DNA from: Clostridia bacterium
Lineage (GTDB): Bacteria > Bacillota > Clostridia > TANB77 > CAG-508
Length of the DNA: 64,000 nucleotides
Direction of reading: 5' to 3'
NCBI GenBank assembly: GCA_017470645.1
Contig: JAFUYJ010000023.1
Span: 34,767-98,766 of the forward strand
A model generated the notes under the pieces. It saw only the letters and a list, made by a program, of their open reading frames with translations. It had not been told where the DNA came from and ran no database searches. Both the position numbers and the translations under genes were made by a program. How positions within the stretch are numbered: the stretch's first letter is position 1; the number at the start of each line of letters is the position of its first letter. Shown in pieces: positions 38,974 through 48,775 of this stretch.

Positions 38974-39999
38974 ATGAAAGTATCAGATTTTAATTATGAT
39001 TTACCAGAAGAATTAATTGCTCAAACACCAATTCAAAAAAGAGATGAATCAAGATTAATGGTGTTAGACAAAACAAATAAAACAATAGAACATAAAGTAT
39101 TCAAAGATATTCTAGATTACTTAAAACCCGGAGACTGTTTGGTTAGAAATAACACAAAAGTTATCCCAGCAAGATTATATGGAATTAAAGAAGACACAGG
39201 TGTGAATGTGGAATTCTTATTATTGAATAGAATTGAAGGAGATATTTGGGAAGTAATGGTTCACCCAGGAAGACGTTTGAAAAAGGGTGCTCAAGTTACT
39301 TTTGGGGACGGATTACTAAAAGCAGAAATTCTAGAACAAATGGACAACGGAAATAGAAAAGTTAAGTTCGAGTACACAGGAATTTTCAATGAAATATTAG
39401 ACCAAATAGGTTTAATGCCATTACCACCTTATATTAAGGAAAGATTAAATGATAAAGATAGATATCAAACAGTTTATGCAAAATATGAAGGTTCAGCAGC
39501 TGCACCAACAGCTGGATTACATTTTACAGATGAACTTTTAGAAAAAATAAAAGCTAAAGGTGTTGAAATTGCAAATGTAACATTACATGTTGGTATTGGA
39601 ACATTTAGACCAGTAAAAGTTGAAAATATAGAAGATCACGACATGCATTCAGAACATTATTACATAAAACAAGAAGATGCAGATAAAATCAATAATGCAC
39701 GTAAAAACGGTGGAAGAATTATTTCAGTTGGAACAACATCATGTAGAGTGCTTGAATCAGTTGCAGATGAAAATGGATTTGTTAAAGAAGTTGAAGGGGA
39801 TACAAGCATATTCATCTATCCGGGATATAAATTCAAATGTATAGATTGTTTGATTACAAATTTTCACTTACCAGAATCAACTTTAATTATGTTAGTTTCA
39901 ACATTAGCTGGAAAAGATTTTGTGATGAGTGCTTATGAAGAAGCTGTGAAAGAAAGATATAGATTCTTTAGCTTTGGAGATGCAATGTTTATTTATTAA
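38974..39999 (+). CDS. queA: S-adenosylmethionine:tRNA ribosyltransferase-isomerase
   Basis: [19 protein letters not shown]...SRLMVL...PLPPYI...[12 protein letters not shown]...VGTTS.R.LES...[10 protein letters not shown]. Confidence 0.95.
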   Translation: MKVSDFNYDLPEELIAQTPIQKRDESRLMVLDKTNKTIEHKVFKDILDYLKPGDCLVRNNTKVIPARLYGIKEDTGVNVEFLLLNRIEGDIWEVMVHPGRRLKKGAQVTFGDGLLKAEILEQMDNGNRKVKFEYTGIFNEILDQIGLMPLPPYIKERLNDKDRYQTVYAKYEGSAAAPTAGLHFTDELLEKIKAKGVEIANVTLHVGIGTFRPVKVENIEDHDMHSEHYYIKQEDADKINNARKNGGRIISVGTTSCRVLESVADENGFVKEVEGDTSIFIYPGYKFKCIDCLITNFHLPESTLIMLVSTLAGKDFVMSAYEEAVKERYRFFSFGDAMFIY

Positions 40000-40014
40000 G
40001 ATTAAGGATTTTTA

Positions 40015-40070
40015 AAATTGGGGACGGTCCTTTTTTTTAAAAATTTAAAAAAAAGGACCGTCCCCAATTT
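40015..40070. repeat. Family-A palindromic intergenic repeat
   Basis: AAATTGGGGACGGTCCTTTTTTTT-aaaaattt-AAAAAAAAGGACCGTCCCCAATTT, between queA and tgt. Confidence 0.9.
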
Positions 40071-40072
40071 AA

Positions 40073-41221
<1,149 letters not shown>

Positions 41222-41233
41222 GGGGGTTTTTAA

Positions 41234-42766
41234 ATGAATTTAATAGACGAGAGCTATAGTAAAAGTGGAGATACTAGAAAAATAATGATAGCAGGAATTG
41301 TGGGAATAGTACTTTTATTAATCATAATAATTGCACTATTAGTAGTTGTTGTTATGGTAAATAGTAATAGCCTTGGAATAACAATAAATAATAAAAAATA
41401 TAATGCATCTCAGATATTATACGAAACACCTGAGAATGGTATGTACATAAAAATTGAGGATTTATCTAATGCAATAGGATATAGTTACAAAAGCGGAGGA
41501 TTAACAGATGAAGATGAAAACAAGTGCTATGTAACAAATCAAAACATAGAAGAAAGTACTTTTTTTGAAGTAGATTCAAAAGAAATTTATAAGGTAATGG
41601 GTGATACAGGTGAAACAGAGTATTACACACTAGATAATCCTATAATAAAAGTTGATGGTAAAATTTATATGCCAATTAATTCTGTAGATGTTGCTATGAA
41701 TGCAGTTTTGACTACGAATAAAAGAAAATATTCAATTGCGTCTATCGAATCAATAGAGAGTAGATATAACAACAGTAGTGATAAAACTCTAGTAATGAAT
41801 GATTCAATCGTATGGAATACAAATTATTTATCAAATAAGAAACTATTGAAGAAACAATTAGTTATAATAACGGATGGAAATGAAAGATTAGGAATAGCTA
41901 AAGTTGGAATAGAACAAAGCAAAGGTACTGGTAAAAATAAAAAATCAAAAATTTCAACAGTAACAACATCAGCTATTATTGATCCAAAGTACACAGATAT
42001 TAAATATGTTGAGAAATATAACCAATTAATAGTAGAATCAAATGGTAAAAAGGGTATTATACAATTATATGATAATAATGGTGAAATAGATAAAGAAACA
42101 ATAGTTTCTCTTCAATATGAAGACATTAAACCGATATCTCAAAATTTGTTTTTAATAAGTCAAGCAGATTCAACATCCACATCTTCATCTGAAAAAAACG
42201 AGAAGTACGGAATTTTAGATACGTCAAACAATTCAGAAGATATAATTTTACCAATAGAATATGATCAAATTGGAATAGATATTTCAACATTTCCAAATAA
42301 CGGTTTGAATAATGAATATGTTATTTATGATACATTAATACCTGTAAGAAAAGGTGAGTTATGGGGATTTGTTAATTTGAAAGGAAAAATAATTGTTAAA
42401 TTAGAATATTCTGATTTTGGCTGTGTTGGAAAAAATACAAACAATAATGTTTTATTAGTACCTGATATAGAAGGAATTGTTGTTAAAAAAGATAACAAAT
42501 ATGGTATTATATCAAAAACAAATAGAACATTAATAAAAACAGAATTAACAAGGGTTTATAAATCAGTTGTTGATAATACAATGCAATATACTATGGTGTA
42601 TGGTGGAAAAGAATATAATATTGTTGATTATATAAAAAATCCATCAAAATATGATTCAAATAGTAATAGCAAAACAAAGAATACAACCATAAACACTACG
42701 AATAATACAACAAAACAAAACACAACAAACACGACTAATACAAATACAACTAATACAACAAATTAA
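41234..42766 (+). CDS. Membrane-anchored WG-repeat (KWG-like) protein with an N/T-rich low-complexity tail
   Basis: N-terminal TM (IMIAGIVGIVLLLIIIIALLVVVV). Repeats such as EKYGILDTSNN..ILPIEYDQIG, GELWGFVNLKGKIIVKLEYSDFG and NKYGIISKTNRTLIK. Tail NTTNNTTKQNTTNTTNTNTTNTTN. Confidence 0.55.
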   Translation: MNLIDESYSKSGDTRKIMIAGIVGIVLLLIIIIALLVVVVMVNSNSLGITINNKKYNASQILYETPENGMYIKIEDLSNAIGYSYKSGGLTDEDENKCYVTNQNIEESTFFEVDSKEIYKVMGDTGETEYYTLDNPIIKVDGKIYMPINSVDVAMNAVLTTNKRKYSIASIESIESRYNNSSDKTLVMNDSIVWNTNYLSNKKLLKKQLVIITDGNERLGIAKVGIEQSKGTGKNKKSKISTVTTSAIIDPKYTDIKYVEKYNQLIVESNGKKGIIQLYDNNGEIDKETIVSLQYEDIKPISQNLFLISQADSTSTSSSEKNEKYGILDTSNNSEDIILPIEYDQIGIDISTFPNNGLNNEYVIYDTLIPVRKGELWGFVNLKGKIIVKLEYSDFGCVGKNTNNNVLLVPDIEGIVVKKDNKYGIISKTNRTLIKTELTRVYKSVVDNTMQYTMVYGGKEYNIVDYIKNPSKYDSNSNSKTKNTTINTTNNTTKQNTTNTTNTNTTNTTN

Positions 42767-42922
42767 GTAAATAATATAAATTTGACTTTTGAGTAACAGC
42801 AAGTATAAATGAGTATGATATTTAGTTTAAAAACTAAAATTATGCTCATTTTTTGTTCTAAAAAATAAATAACCCCCATAACATTACAGTAAAAAGAATA
42901 AATAAAGGAGTTGTGATTTATA

Positions 42923-43318
42923 ATGAAAAAAATGGGAAAAATAAATAAAGATAGTAAATCGTACTCAATAGCAAAAGGTTTTATAATTGCTTTATTAATA
43001 AGTTTAATATGCATTTTTCTGTATGCCGTAATATTAGTGAATACAACAATTCAAGAAAAAACAATAAAACCTGTAATTATAACTATAACAGGAATTAGTA
43101 TATTAATTGGAAGTTCAATAAGTAGCTTGAAAATAAAGAAAAAAGGAATTGTAAACGGAATGTGTGTAGCTGTGTTATATTTAGGAAGTTTCTATATATT
43201 ATCAAGCATTGCATTATGCGGTTTTTACTTGAATTTATCTTCTATTATAACCATTTTAGTAGGAATTGCATTTGGGGGAATTGGTGGAATAATTGGGGTT
43301 AATATAAAAAGAAATTGA
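42923..43318 (+). CDS. Small integral membrane protein (possibly TIGR04086/YrzE-like)
   Basis: 131 aa with four hydrophobic segments and a glycine-rich final helix (GIAFGGIGGIIGVNI). AAAGGAG ribosome-binding site. Confidence 0.4.
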   Translation: MKKMGKINKDSKSYSIAKGFIIALLISLICIFLYAVILVNTTIQEKTIKPVIITITGISILIGSSISSLKIKKKGIVNGMCVAVLYLGSFYILSSIALCGFYLNLSSIITILVGIAFGGIGGIIGVNIKRN

Positions 43319-43439
43319 AAGTGTAATAAATTTTCTTACTTGATCTTTCAACTTAGTAGAAAAATCTTAATTATTTTAAAAAAATAGTTGATATTTTTAT
43401 TAATTTAATATAAAATTTAAAAGTAATTGGAGGAAGAAT

Positions 43440-44099
43440 ATGGTAACTTTAGAAGATATTAAGAAAAATCCAGAAGTACAGCAATTAATTTTAGGTGCTC
43501 AGGAAGAACTGAATGCCCTAGGGTACACAGAACATTCTTTTAGACATATAGGAATAGTTTCAAATAGAGCGGGTGCGGTATTAGAAGCATTAGGATATGA
43601 TGAAAGAAGAGTTGAACTAGCAAAAATAGCAGGTTATTTACATGATATAGGAAATTGTGTAAATAGAGTTGATCATGCTCACTCGGGAGCTATTCTTGCA
43701 TATCAAATTTTAAAGGATATGGGAATGGATCCAAAAGAAAGAGCGGAAATAATGACAGCTATTGGGAATCACGACGAAAAAACAGGAACCGCAGTTAGTG
43801 ATATTTCTGCTGCTTTGATTTTAGCAGATAAGTCAGATGTTCATAGAGAAAGGGTTGTAAATACTAATTTATCAACATTTGACAAGCATGACAAAGTTAA
43901 TTATGCTGTAACAGATTCAAATTTTACAATTTCAAAAGAAAACAAAAAAGTAGTTTTAGATTTAACCATTGATACGAATATCTCACCAGTATTAGATTAT
44001 TTTGAGATTTTCATGGATAGAACCATGATGAGTAAACATGCAGCAAAATTTTTAAATATTTGGTTTGAGTTAATAATCAATGATACAAAATTACTTTAA
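43440..44099 (+). CDS. HD-domain phosphohydrolase
   Basis: HSFRHI...AGYLHDIGN (HD motif)...HAHSGA...NHDE...LADKSD. Confidence 0.65.
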   Translation: MVTLEDIKKNPEVQQLILGAQEELNALGYTEHSFRHIGIVSNRAGAVLEALGYDERRVELAKIAGYLHDIGNCVNRVDHAHSGAILAYQILKDMGMDPKERAEIMTAIGNHDEKTGTAVSDISAALILADKSDVHRERVVNTNLSTFDKHDKVNYAVTDSNFTISKENKKVVLDLTIDTNISPVLDYFEIFMDRTMMSKHAAKFLNIWFELIINDTKLL

Positions 44100-44116
44100 T
44101 AATGGGAGGAATAAAA

Positions 44117-45559
44117 GTGAAAAAAGAAGGTTCATTAAAAACAATTTTAGCAATATTAGTTATAATATTATTATGCTTAGTTTCATTTGGAGGAGTATTC
44201 GTAAAAAACAAAAATGTAATGAAAAATGTCTTACCAGAATATGTTCTTGGAATGGATTTAGATACAAATACAGTTTTAAAATTAGATGTTCAAAAAGATG
44301 AATCATCTGAAAATCAAGAAGGACAAGCTGATAAATACAATGCAGATAACTATAAAAAAGCAAAAGAAATAATAGAAAAAAGATTAAAACTATCAGGGGT
44401 TGAGCAATACACTATTAGATTAGACGAAAAAACAGGAAGTATAGTTTTAGAATTCCCTGATAAGGTTGATAATAGTATAATAGGATACGCTGTTCAAAAT
44501 GGTGATGTTACAGTAAATATTACAAGTAATATTAAAGATGAAACTACAGAAACAGAAGAAACAGCAGATGAAACAGCAGATGAAACAGAAGACACAACTG
44601 AGGATACAACAGATGAAAATGCAAACGATTCAACTGAATCACAAGATAATTCGTCTGGAGTTACAGGAATAATAGCTGACAATAAAAGTATAAAAAGCGT
44701 AACTATAGCATCAAAAAACATGGAATATGTAAAACAAGGTGGAGCATATGTAGAAATGCAAATTAACTTCACAGGTGAAGCTATAAAGAAATTCAAAGAG
44801 ATACAAAACAATTATGTTGTGCCTAAAGACGCTGATGGAAATGAAACTGATAATACAGTAACAATATTCATGGATGGAACACAGATATATGCAAAAACAG
44901 AAACACTATTTTTACAATCAGCTGTAAATGGAAGCGTAGTGGTAGATAGCAATTATGCAGCAGACGCTAAAGATTTAACATCAATTGAGAACACATTTAA
45001 TAGTGCAAAAGCATTATTAGAAACTGAAAAACTACCTATAAAATACACACCAACTTATGAAAATAAAATACACTCAAACATAAGTAATGCCGGAATTATA
45101 GGAGTATTTGCAGTGATTTCAGTAGTAATGTTGATTTATTTAATTTTAAAATATAAATTAAACGGATTATATGCAGAACTTAGTATATTAGGATTTGGAG
45201 CACTTTTATTACTTATGCTAAGATGGACAAGTGTTCAAATTTCAGTAGCTTCATTAACATCAATAGCAGGAATGTTAGTACTACAATTTATTTATTTAAT
45301 AAAAATATTGAACAATAAAAAAACAAGCTCAAAAGCATTTACAGAAAAAACAATAGAATTTTCAAAAATATTAGTGCCTGCATTTATTTTTGGAATTTTT
45401 GCAGCAGTACTTCCTGCTTTGAAGAACGTAGGAATAATTCCTGGAAATATATTTGAAATTGCTAGTTTCGGAATGGTAATATTCTGGGGATTAATAGTTT
45501 TTGAAGTATTTAACAACATAATAACAAGAGCAATTTTAACAAATGCCAAAAATAAATAA
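44117..45559 (+). CDS. secD: SecD-like protein-export membrane protein (divergent)
   Basis: YVLGMDLDTNTVLKLDV, AKEIIEKRLKLSGVEQYTIRLDEKTGSIVLEFPD, INFTGEAIKKFKEI...TIFMDGTQIY, and a C-terminal multi-TM block. GTG start at 44117 after GGGAGGA. Sits downstream of queA-tgt, as in many Firmicutes. Confidence 0.6.
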   Translation: MKKEGSLKTILAILVIILLCLVSFGGVFVKNKNVMKNVLPEYVLGMDLDTNTVLKLDVQKDESSENQEGQADKYNADNYKKAKEIIEKRLKLSGVEQYTIRLDEKTGSIVLEFPDKVDNSIIGYAVQNGDVTVNITSNIKDETTETEETADETADETEDTTEDTTDENANDSTESQDNSSGVTGIIADNKSIKSVTIASKNMEYVKQGGAYVEMQINFTGEAIKKFKEIQNNYVVPKDADGNETDNTVTIFMDGTQIYAKTETLFLQSAVNGSVVVDSNYAADAKDLTSIENTFNSAKALLETEKLPIKYTPTYENKIHSNISNAGIIGVFAVISVVMLIYLILKYKLNGLYAELSILGFGALLLLMLRWTSVQISVASLTSIAGMLVLQFIYLIKILNNKKTSSKAFTEKTIEFSKILVPAFIFGIFAAVLPALKNVGIIPGNIFEIASFGMVIFWGLIVFEVFNNIITRAILTNAKNK

Positions 45560-45579
45560 ATTGAAAGAGGGATTTTGAT

Positions 45580-46209
45580 ATGAAAAACAAACTTTTTATA
45601 GGATTAGCAGTTGTAATTCTAATTGGAATAATAGTGATTGCTGCATTTGGATTTAATGTAGATTATACTTATAAACATCATTCTTTAATAGATATAAATA
45701 TTGGAAAAGAATTCAATGTATCTGACATAAAAGCTATAACAGACGAAGTATTTGGAAAAGAAAAAGTAGAAATTCATAAAGCAGGAACTTATAGCGATAA
45801 AGTTGTAATAAAAGTAAAAAGTGTAAGTGATGAACAAAAAGTAAATTTAAATAATAAGATAAATGAAAAATATGGAATTAAAAATGAAGTAGACGATGTT
45901 CAAGTTAATAAAATATCAAGCTTTAAACTAAGAGATGTTGCAAAATCTTATGCAATTCCACTTGCTATTACAACCGTTTTAATATTAATTTACATGGCTG
46001 TAAGATATAGAAAAATAGGAGCTAAGAAAGTAGTTTTACAAACTCTACTTTTCACAGTATTAGCGGAATTGTTATATGGTGCATTAATTGCAATAGTAAG
46101 ATATCCAGTAAACAGATTAGTATTACCGGGAGCAGTAGTTATATATGTTGCAATTATCACAGTACTAACTGCTATGTTTGAAAAACAAGTAAGCATAGAA
46201 GAAAAATAA
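45580..46209 (+). CDS. secF: SecF-like membrane protein, short (209 aa) and divergent
   Basis: An N-terminal TM, then FGFNVDYTY... (compare SecF GIDFtGG), a periplasmic alpha/beta segment and about 3 TMs. It lacks the usual C-terminal third. Confidence 0.4.
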   Translation: MKNKLFIGLAVVILIGIIVIAAFGFNVDYTYKHHSLIDINIGKEFNVSDIKAITDEVFGKEKVEIHKAGTYSDKVVIKVKSVSDEQKVNLNNKINEKYGIKNEVDDVQVNKISSFKLRDVAKSYAIPLAITTVLILIYMAVRYRKIGAKKVVLQTLLFTVLAELLYGALIAIVRYPVNRLVLPGAVVIYVAIITVLTAMFEKQVSIEEK

Positions 46210-46226
46210 TTTTTAAGTAAATAAAC

Positions 46227-46270
46227 AAAAAAAGACATTATGAATATTATATATTATAATGTCTTTTTTT
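46227..46270 (+). terminator. Rho-independent terminator after the SecF-like gene
   Basis: AAAAAAAGACATTAT...ATAATGTCTTTTTTT. Confidence 0.75.
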
Positions 46271-46313
46271 GGCATTTCTATATCTCTACAGTAACAATGA
46301 AAAGCTAGGGGGG

Positions 46314-46658
46314 ATGGTTTTGAAAAAATTAATATATAAACTGCAAAGTAGATTACTTCGTACAGGTGGAAATAATATTGATTATGCTACTATGGAAGGT
46401 ATGTTAAGAAACACTAAAAATATAGTTTTAATTGATGTTAGAACAAAAGATGAATATATGAATAATCATTTAAAAGGTGCTATTAATATTCCTTTGCAAG
46501 ATATTAGTAGGAGAATTGAAAGTTATGTTAGAAATAAAAATGATGTTATTATTGTGTATTGTGAATATGGGGGAAGAAGTAAAAAGGCATTGAATAAGCT
46601 TGGAAAAATGGGATATGTAAATGTTTATAATTTAGACGGTGGAATTGATGCAATTTGA
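46314..46658 (+). CDS. Rhodanese-domain protein
   Basis: VLIDVRTKDEYMNNHLKGAINIP...IIVYCEYGGRSKKA...GYVNVYNLDGGI, with the active-site loop CEYGGRS. The start is either ATG 46314 or TTG 46320, directly after GGGGGG. Confidence 0.7.
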   Translation: MVLKKLIYKLQSRLLRTGGNNIDYATMEGMLRNTKNIVLIDVRTKDEYMNNHLKGAINIPLQDISRRIESYVRNKNDVIIVYCEYGGRSKKALNKLGKMGYVNVYNLDGGIDAI

Positions 46659-46665
46659 TAGTAAG

Positions 46666-46726
46666 AAAAAAGTGAGAAGCTTTAGGGATCTTTTTGTAAG
46701 TCGCCCAAAAGTTTTTCTCACTTTTT
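46666..46726. repeat. Hairpin terminator containing degenerate family-A and family-B repeat cores
   Basis: The 12-bp stem AAAAAGTGAGAA/TTCTCACTTTTT encloses GGGATCTTTTTGT (A-like) and GTCGCCCAAAAGTTT (B-like; compare 16306-16321 on the other strand). Confidence 0.5.
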
Positions 46727-46730
46727 CCGT

Positions 46731-47687
46731 TTATTTTATGTTAGTTTCTTTCTCTTCATTATAAGTGTCCACGAAATAAATTGGTCTATGTTTAGTTTCA
46801 TAAAAGGCTCTGCCAAGGTATTCTCCTATTACTCCTAAGAAGATTAGTTGAATTCCTCCAAGAAATAGAATTACAACCATTGTTGATGCATAACCTGGCA
46901 TGTCAATTCCGTAAATTAAAGTTTTAGCTATTATAAATATCATATAGATAAATCCTGCTAAGGATACTAGTAATCCTATGAATGCAGACCATCTAAGTGG
47001 TGCTGTTGTAAATGAAGTAATACCATCAATAGACAAGTCTATTAATTTTTTATAATTCCATTTTGTCTTTCCGGCTGCTCTAGGGTCTCTATCATATAGA
47101 ATTTCTTTTTTATTATATCCAATCCAACTAAATAATCCTTTTGTATATCTTTGAGATTCACGTATTTGTTTTAGAGCTTCAACACAACGTCTATCTAATA
47201 ATCTAAAGTCTCCAGTGTCTTTCTGAATTTCAATTTTCGTTACGCTTTGTAGAGTTCTATAATACATTTTTGAAGTAAATTTCTTTAGCCAAGTTTCGCC
47301 TTTTCTAGACTTTCTTTTAGCATAAACATCATCATAACCTTGCTCCCAATATGTAATCATTTCAGGAATTAATTCAGGTGGATCTTGTAAATCTGCATCA
47401 ATTATAATAACTGCGTCACCCTTTGAATAATCAAGACCAGCCATCATTGCTGTTTCTTTGCCATAGTTTCTTGATAAATTTAGGTAACATACTCTTTTAT
47501 CAACGCTACGAAGTTCTTTTATAATATTTAGAGTATTGTCTTTGCTTCCATCATTTATAAATAGTATTTCAAAATCATAGTTTGTAACTGAATTCATTAA
47601 ATTTAATAGTCTGTCATATAGCATATGTAATACATCTTCTTCATTATATGCTGGTACTAGAATTGTTATTAGTTTTTTATTCTCCAT
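46731..47687 (-). CDS. GT2 polyprenyl-phosphate glycosyltransferase (GtrB/ArnC/DPM1-like)
   Basis: ITILVPAYNEEDVL..ILFINDGSKDNT..IIIDADLQDPPELIPEM, plus two C-terminal TM helices. GGGAGG ribosome-binding site. Confidence 0.8.
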   Translation of the reverse strand: MENKKLITILVPAYNEEDVLHMLYDRLLNLMNSVTNYDFEILFINDGSKDNTLNIIKELRSVDKRVCYLNLSRNYGKETAMMAGLDYSKGDAVIIIDADLQDPPELIPEMITYWEQGYDDVYAKRKSRKGETWLKKFTSKMYYRTLQSVTKIEIQKDTGDFRLLDRRCVEALKQIRESQRYTKGLFSWIGYNKKEILYDRDPRAAGKTKWNYKKLIDLSIDGITSFTTAPLRWSAFIGLLVSLAGFIYMIFIIAKTLIYGIDMPGYASTMVVILFLGGIQLIFLGVIGEYLGRAFYETKHRPIYFVDTYNEEKETNIK

Positions 47688-47816
47688 TTTTTTGCCTCCC
47701 TTAAATACTATGAAAATTATATCACATGTGTTGTAAATAGTTCAACAGATTTATGAAAAAAGGGAGATTTTAGAAATCAGGTTTGAAATTTTCAAAATAT
47801 AGTGTATAATATTCAC

Positions 47817-48680
47817 ATGAGAAGTTTAATTGTAAATAATAAATATAATGGAAAAAAATTAAGTCAAGTTTTATTTGATAATTTTGATGGATTAACAAAC
47901 AATAATTTCAATAAAGCACTAAGAAAGAAGGATATACGTATAAACAATGTAAGAGTTTCAGAAAATAAAACTGTATATGAAGGAGATGAAATAAAGGTAT
48001 ATATAGTCGATGAATTGTTATTAAAAAAGCAAGAAATATCTGAAATAGAAATAGTGTATGAAGATGAAAATATTGTAGTATTTAACAAGCCTTTAGGAAT
48101 TGAAGTTACTGGTGAAAATTCTGTGGAAAGTTATGCCAAAAATAAATATAAAAATCAGTTTGTTGAACCATGCCATAGACTTGATAGGAATACAACAGGG
48201 TTAGTGCTTTTTGCTAAAAATGAAGAAAGTTTAAATATATTATTAGATATGTTTAAAAATCAAAATATAGAAAAACATTACAGATGTATTGTAATAGGTA
48301 TTCCTAAGCCGGACAGCAAAGTCTTGGAAGCATATTTATTTAAGGATAATAAAAAATCTATGGTATATATTTCTGATACTCCAAAAACAGGGTATAGAAA
48401 AATTATTACGGCATATAAGGTTATAAAAAAAGATTATGATAATGATTTAGCTACATTAGATGTTGAACTACACACAGGTAGAACTCATCAGATTAGAGCT
48501 CATCTGGCGCATATAGGTCATCCTATTTTAGGGGATGGAAAGTATGGAATAAATGCAATTAATAAAAGATTTAATAAAAAATATCAACAATTATGTAGTT
48601 ATAGTTTAAAATTCAATTTTAATGGAAGTAAAAATAAACTTGATTATTTAGATAATAAAGTTATTACAATAAATAAATAG
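47817..48680 (+). CDS. RluA-family pseudouridine synthase with an N-terminal S4-like domain
   Basis: VVFNKPLGIEV, the catalytic HRLDRNTTGLVLFAK, and TGRTHQIRAHLAHIGHPILGDGKYG. Confidence 0.8.
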   Translation: MRSLIVNNKYNGKKLSQVLFDNFDGLTNNNFNKALRKKDIRINNVRVSENKTVYEGDEIKVYIVDELLLKKQEISEIEIVYEDENIVVFNKPLGIEVTGENSVESYAKNKYKNQFVEPCHRLDRNTTGLVLFAKNEESLNILLDMFKNQNIEKHYRCIVIGIPKPDSKVLEAYLFKDNKKSMVYISDTPKTGYRKIITAYKVIKKDYDNDLATLDVELHTGRTHQIRAHLAHIGHPILGDGKYGINAINKRFNKKYQQLCSYSLKFNFNGSKNKLDYLDNKVITINK

Positions 48681-48775
48681 TAATAAAATATATTTTGACA
48701 TAGCATCAATTATATAATATAATTGGTGCTATGTTGTGCTTTATGCCAATAAAATTAGCAGAAAGGAAATATAAC

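Noticed and set aside
44080-44301. A 73-aa ORF overlapping the end of the HD-domain gene and the start of the SecD-like gene. The 60-aa ORF at 25616-25798 inside the ThyX-like gene was considered in the same way.
   Set aside because: Both are out-of-frame overlaps with better-supported genes. Neither has a ribosome-binding site, and both have basic low-complexity translations.
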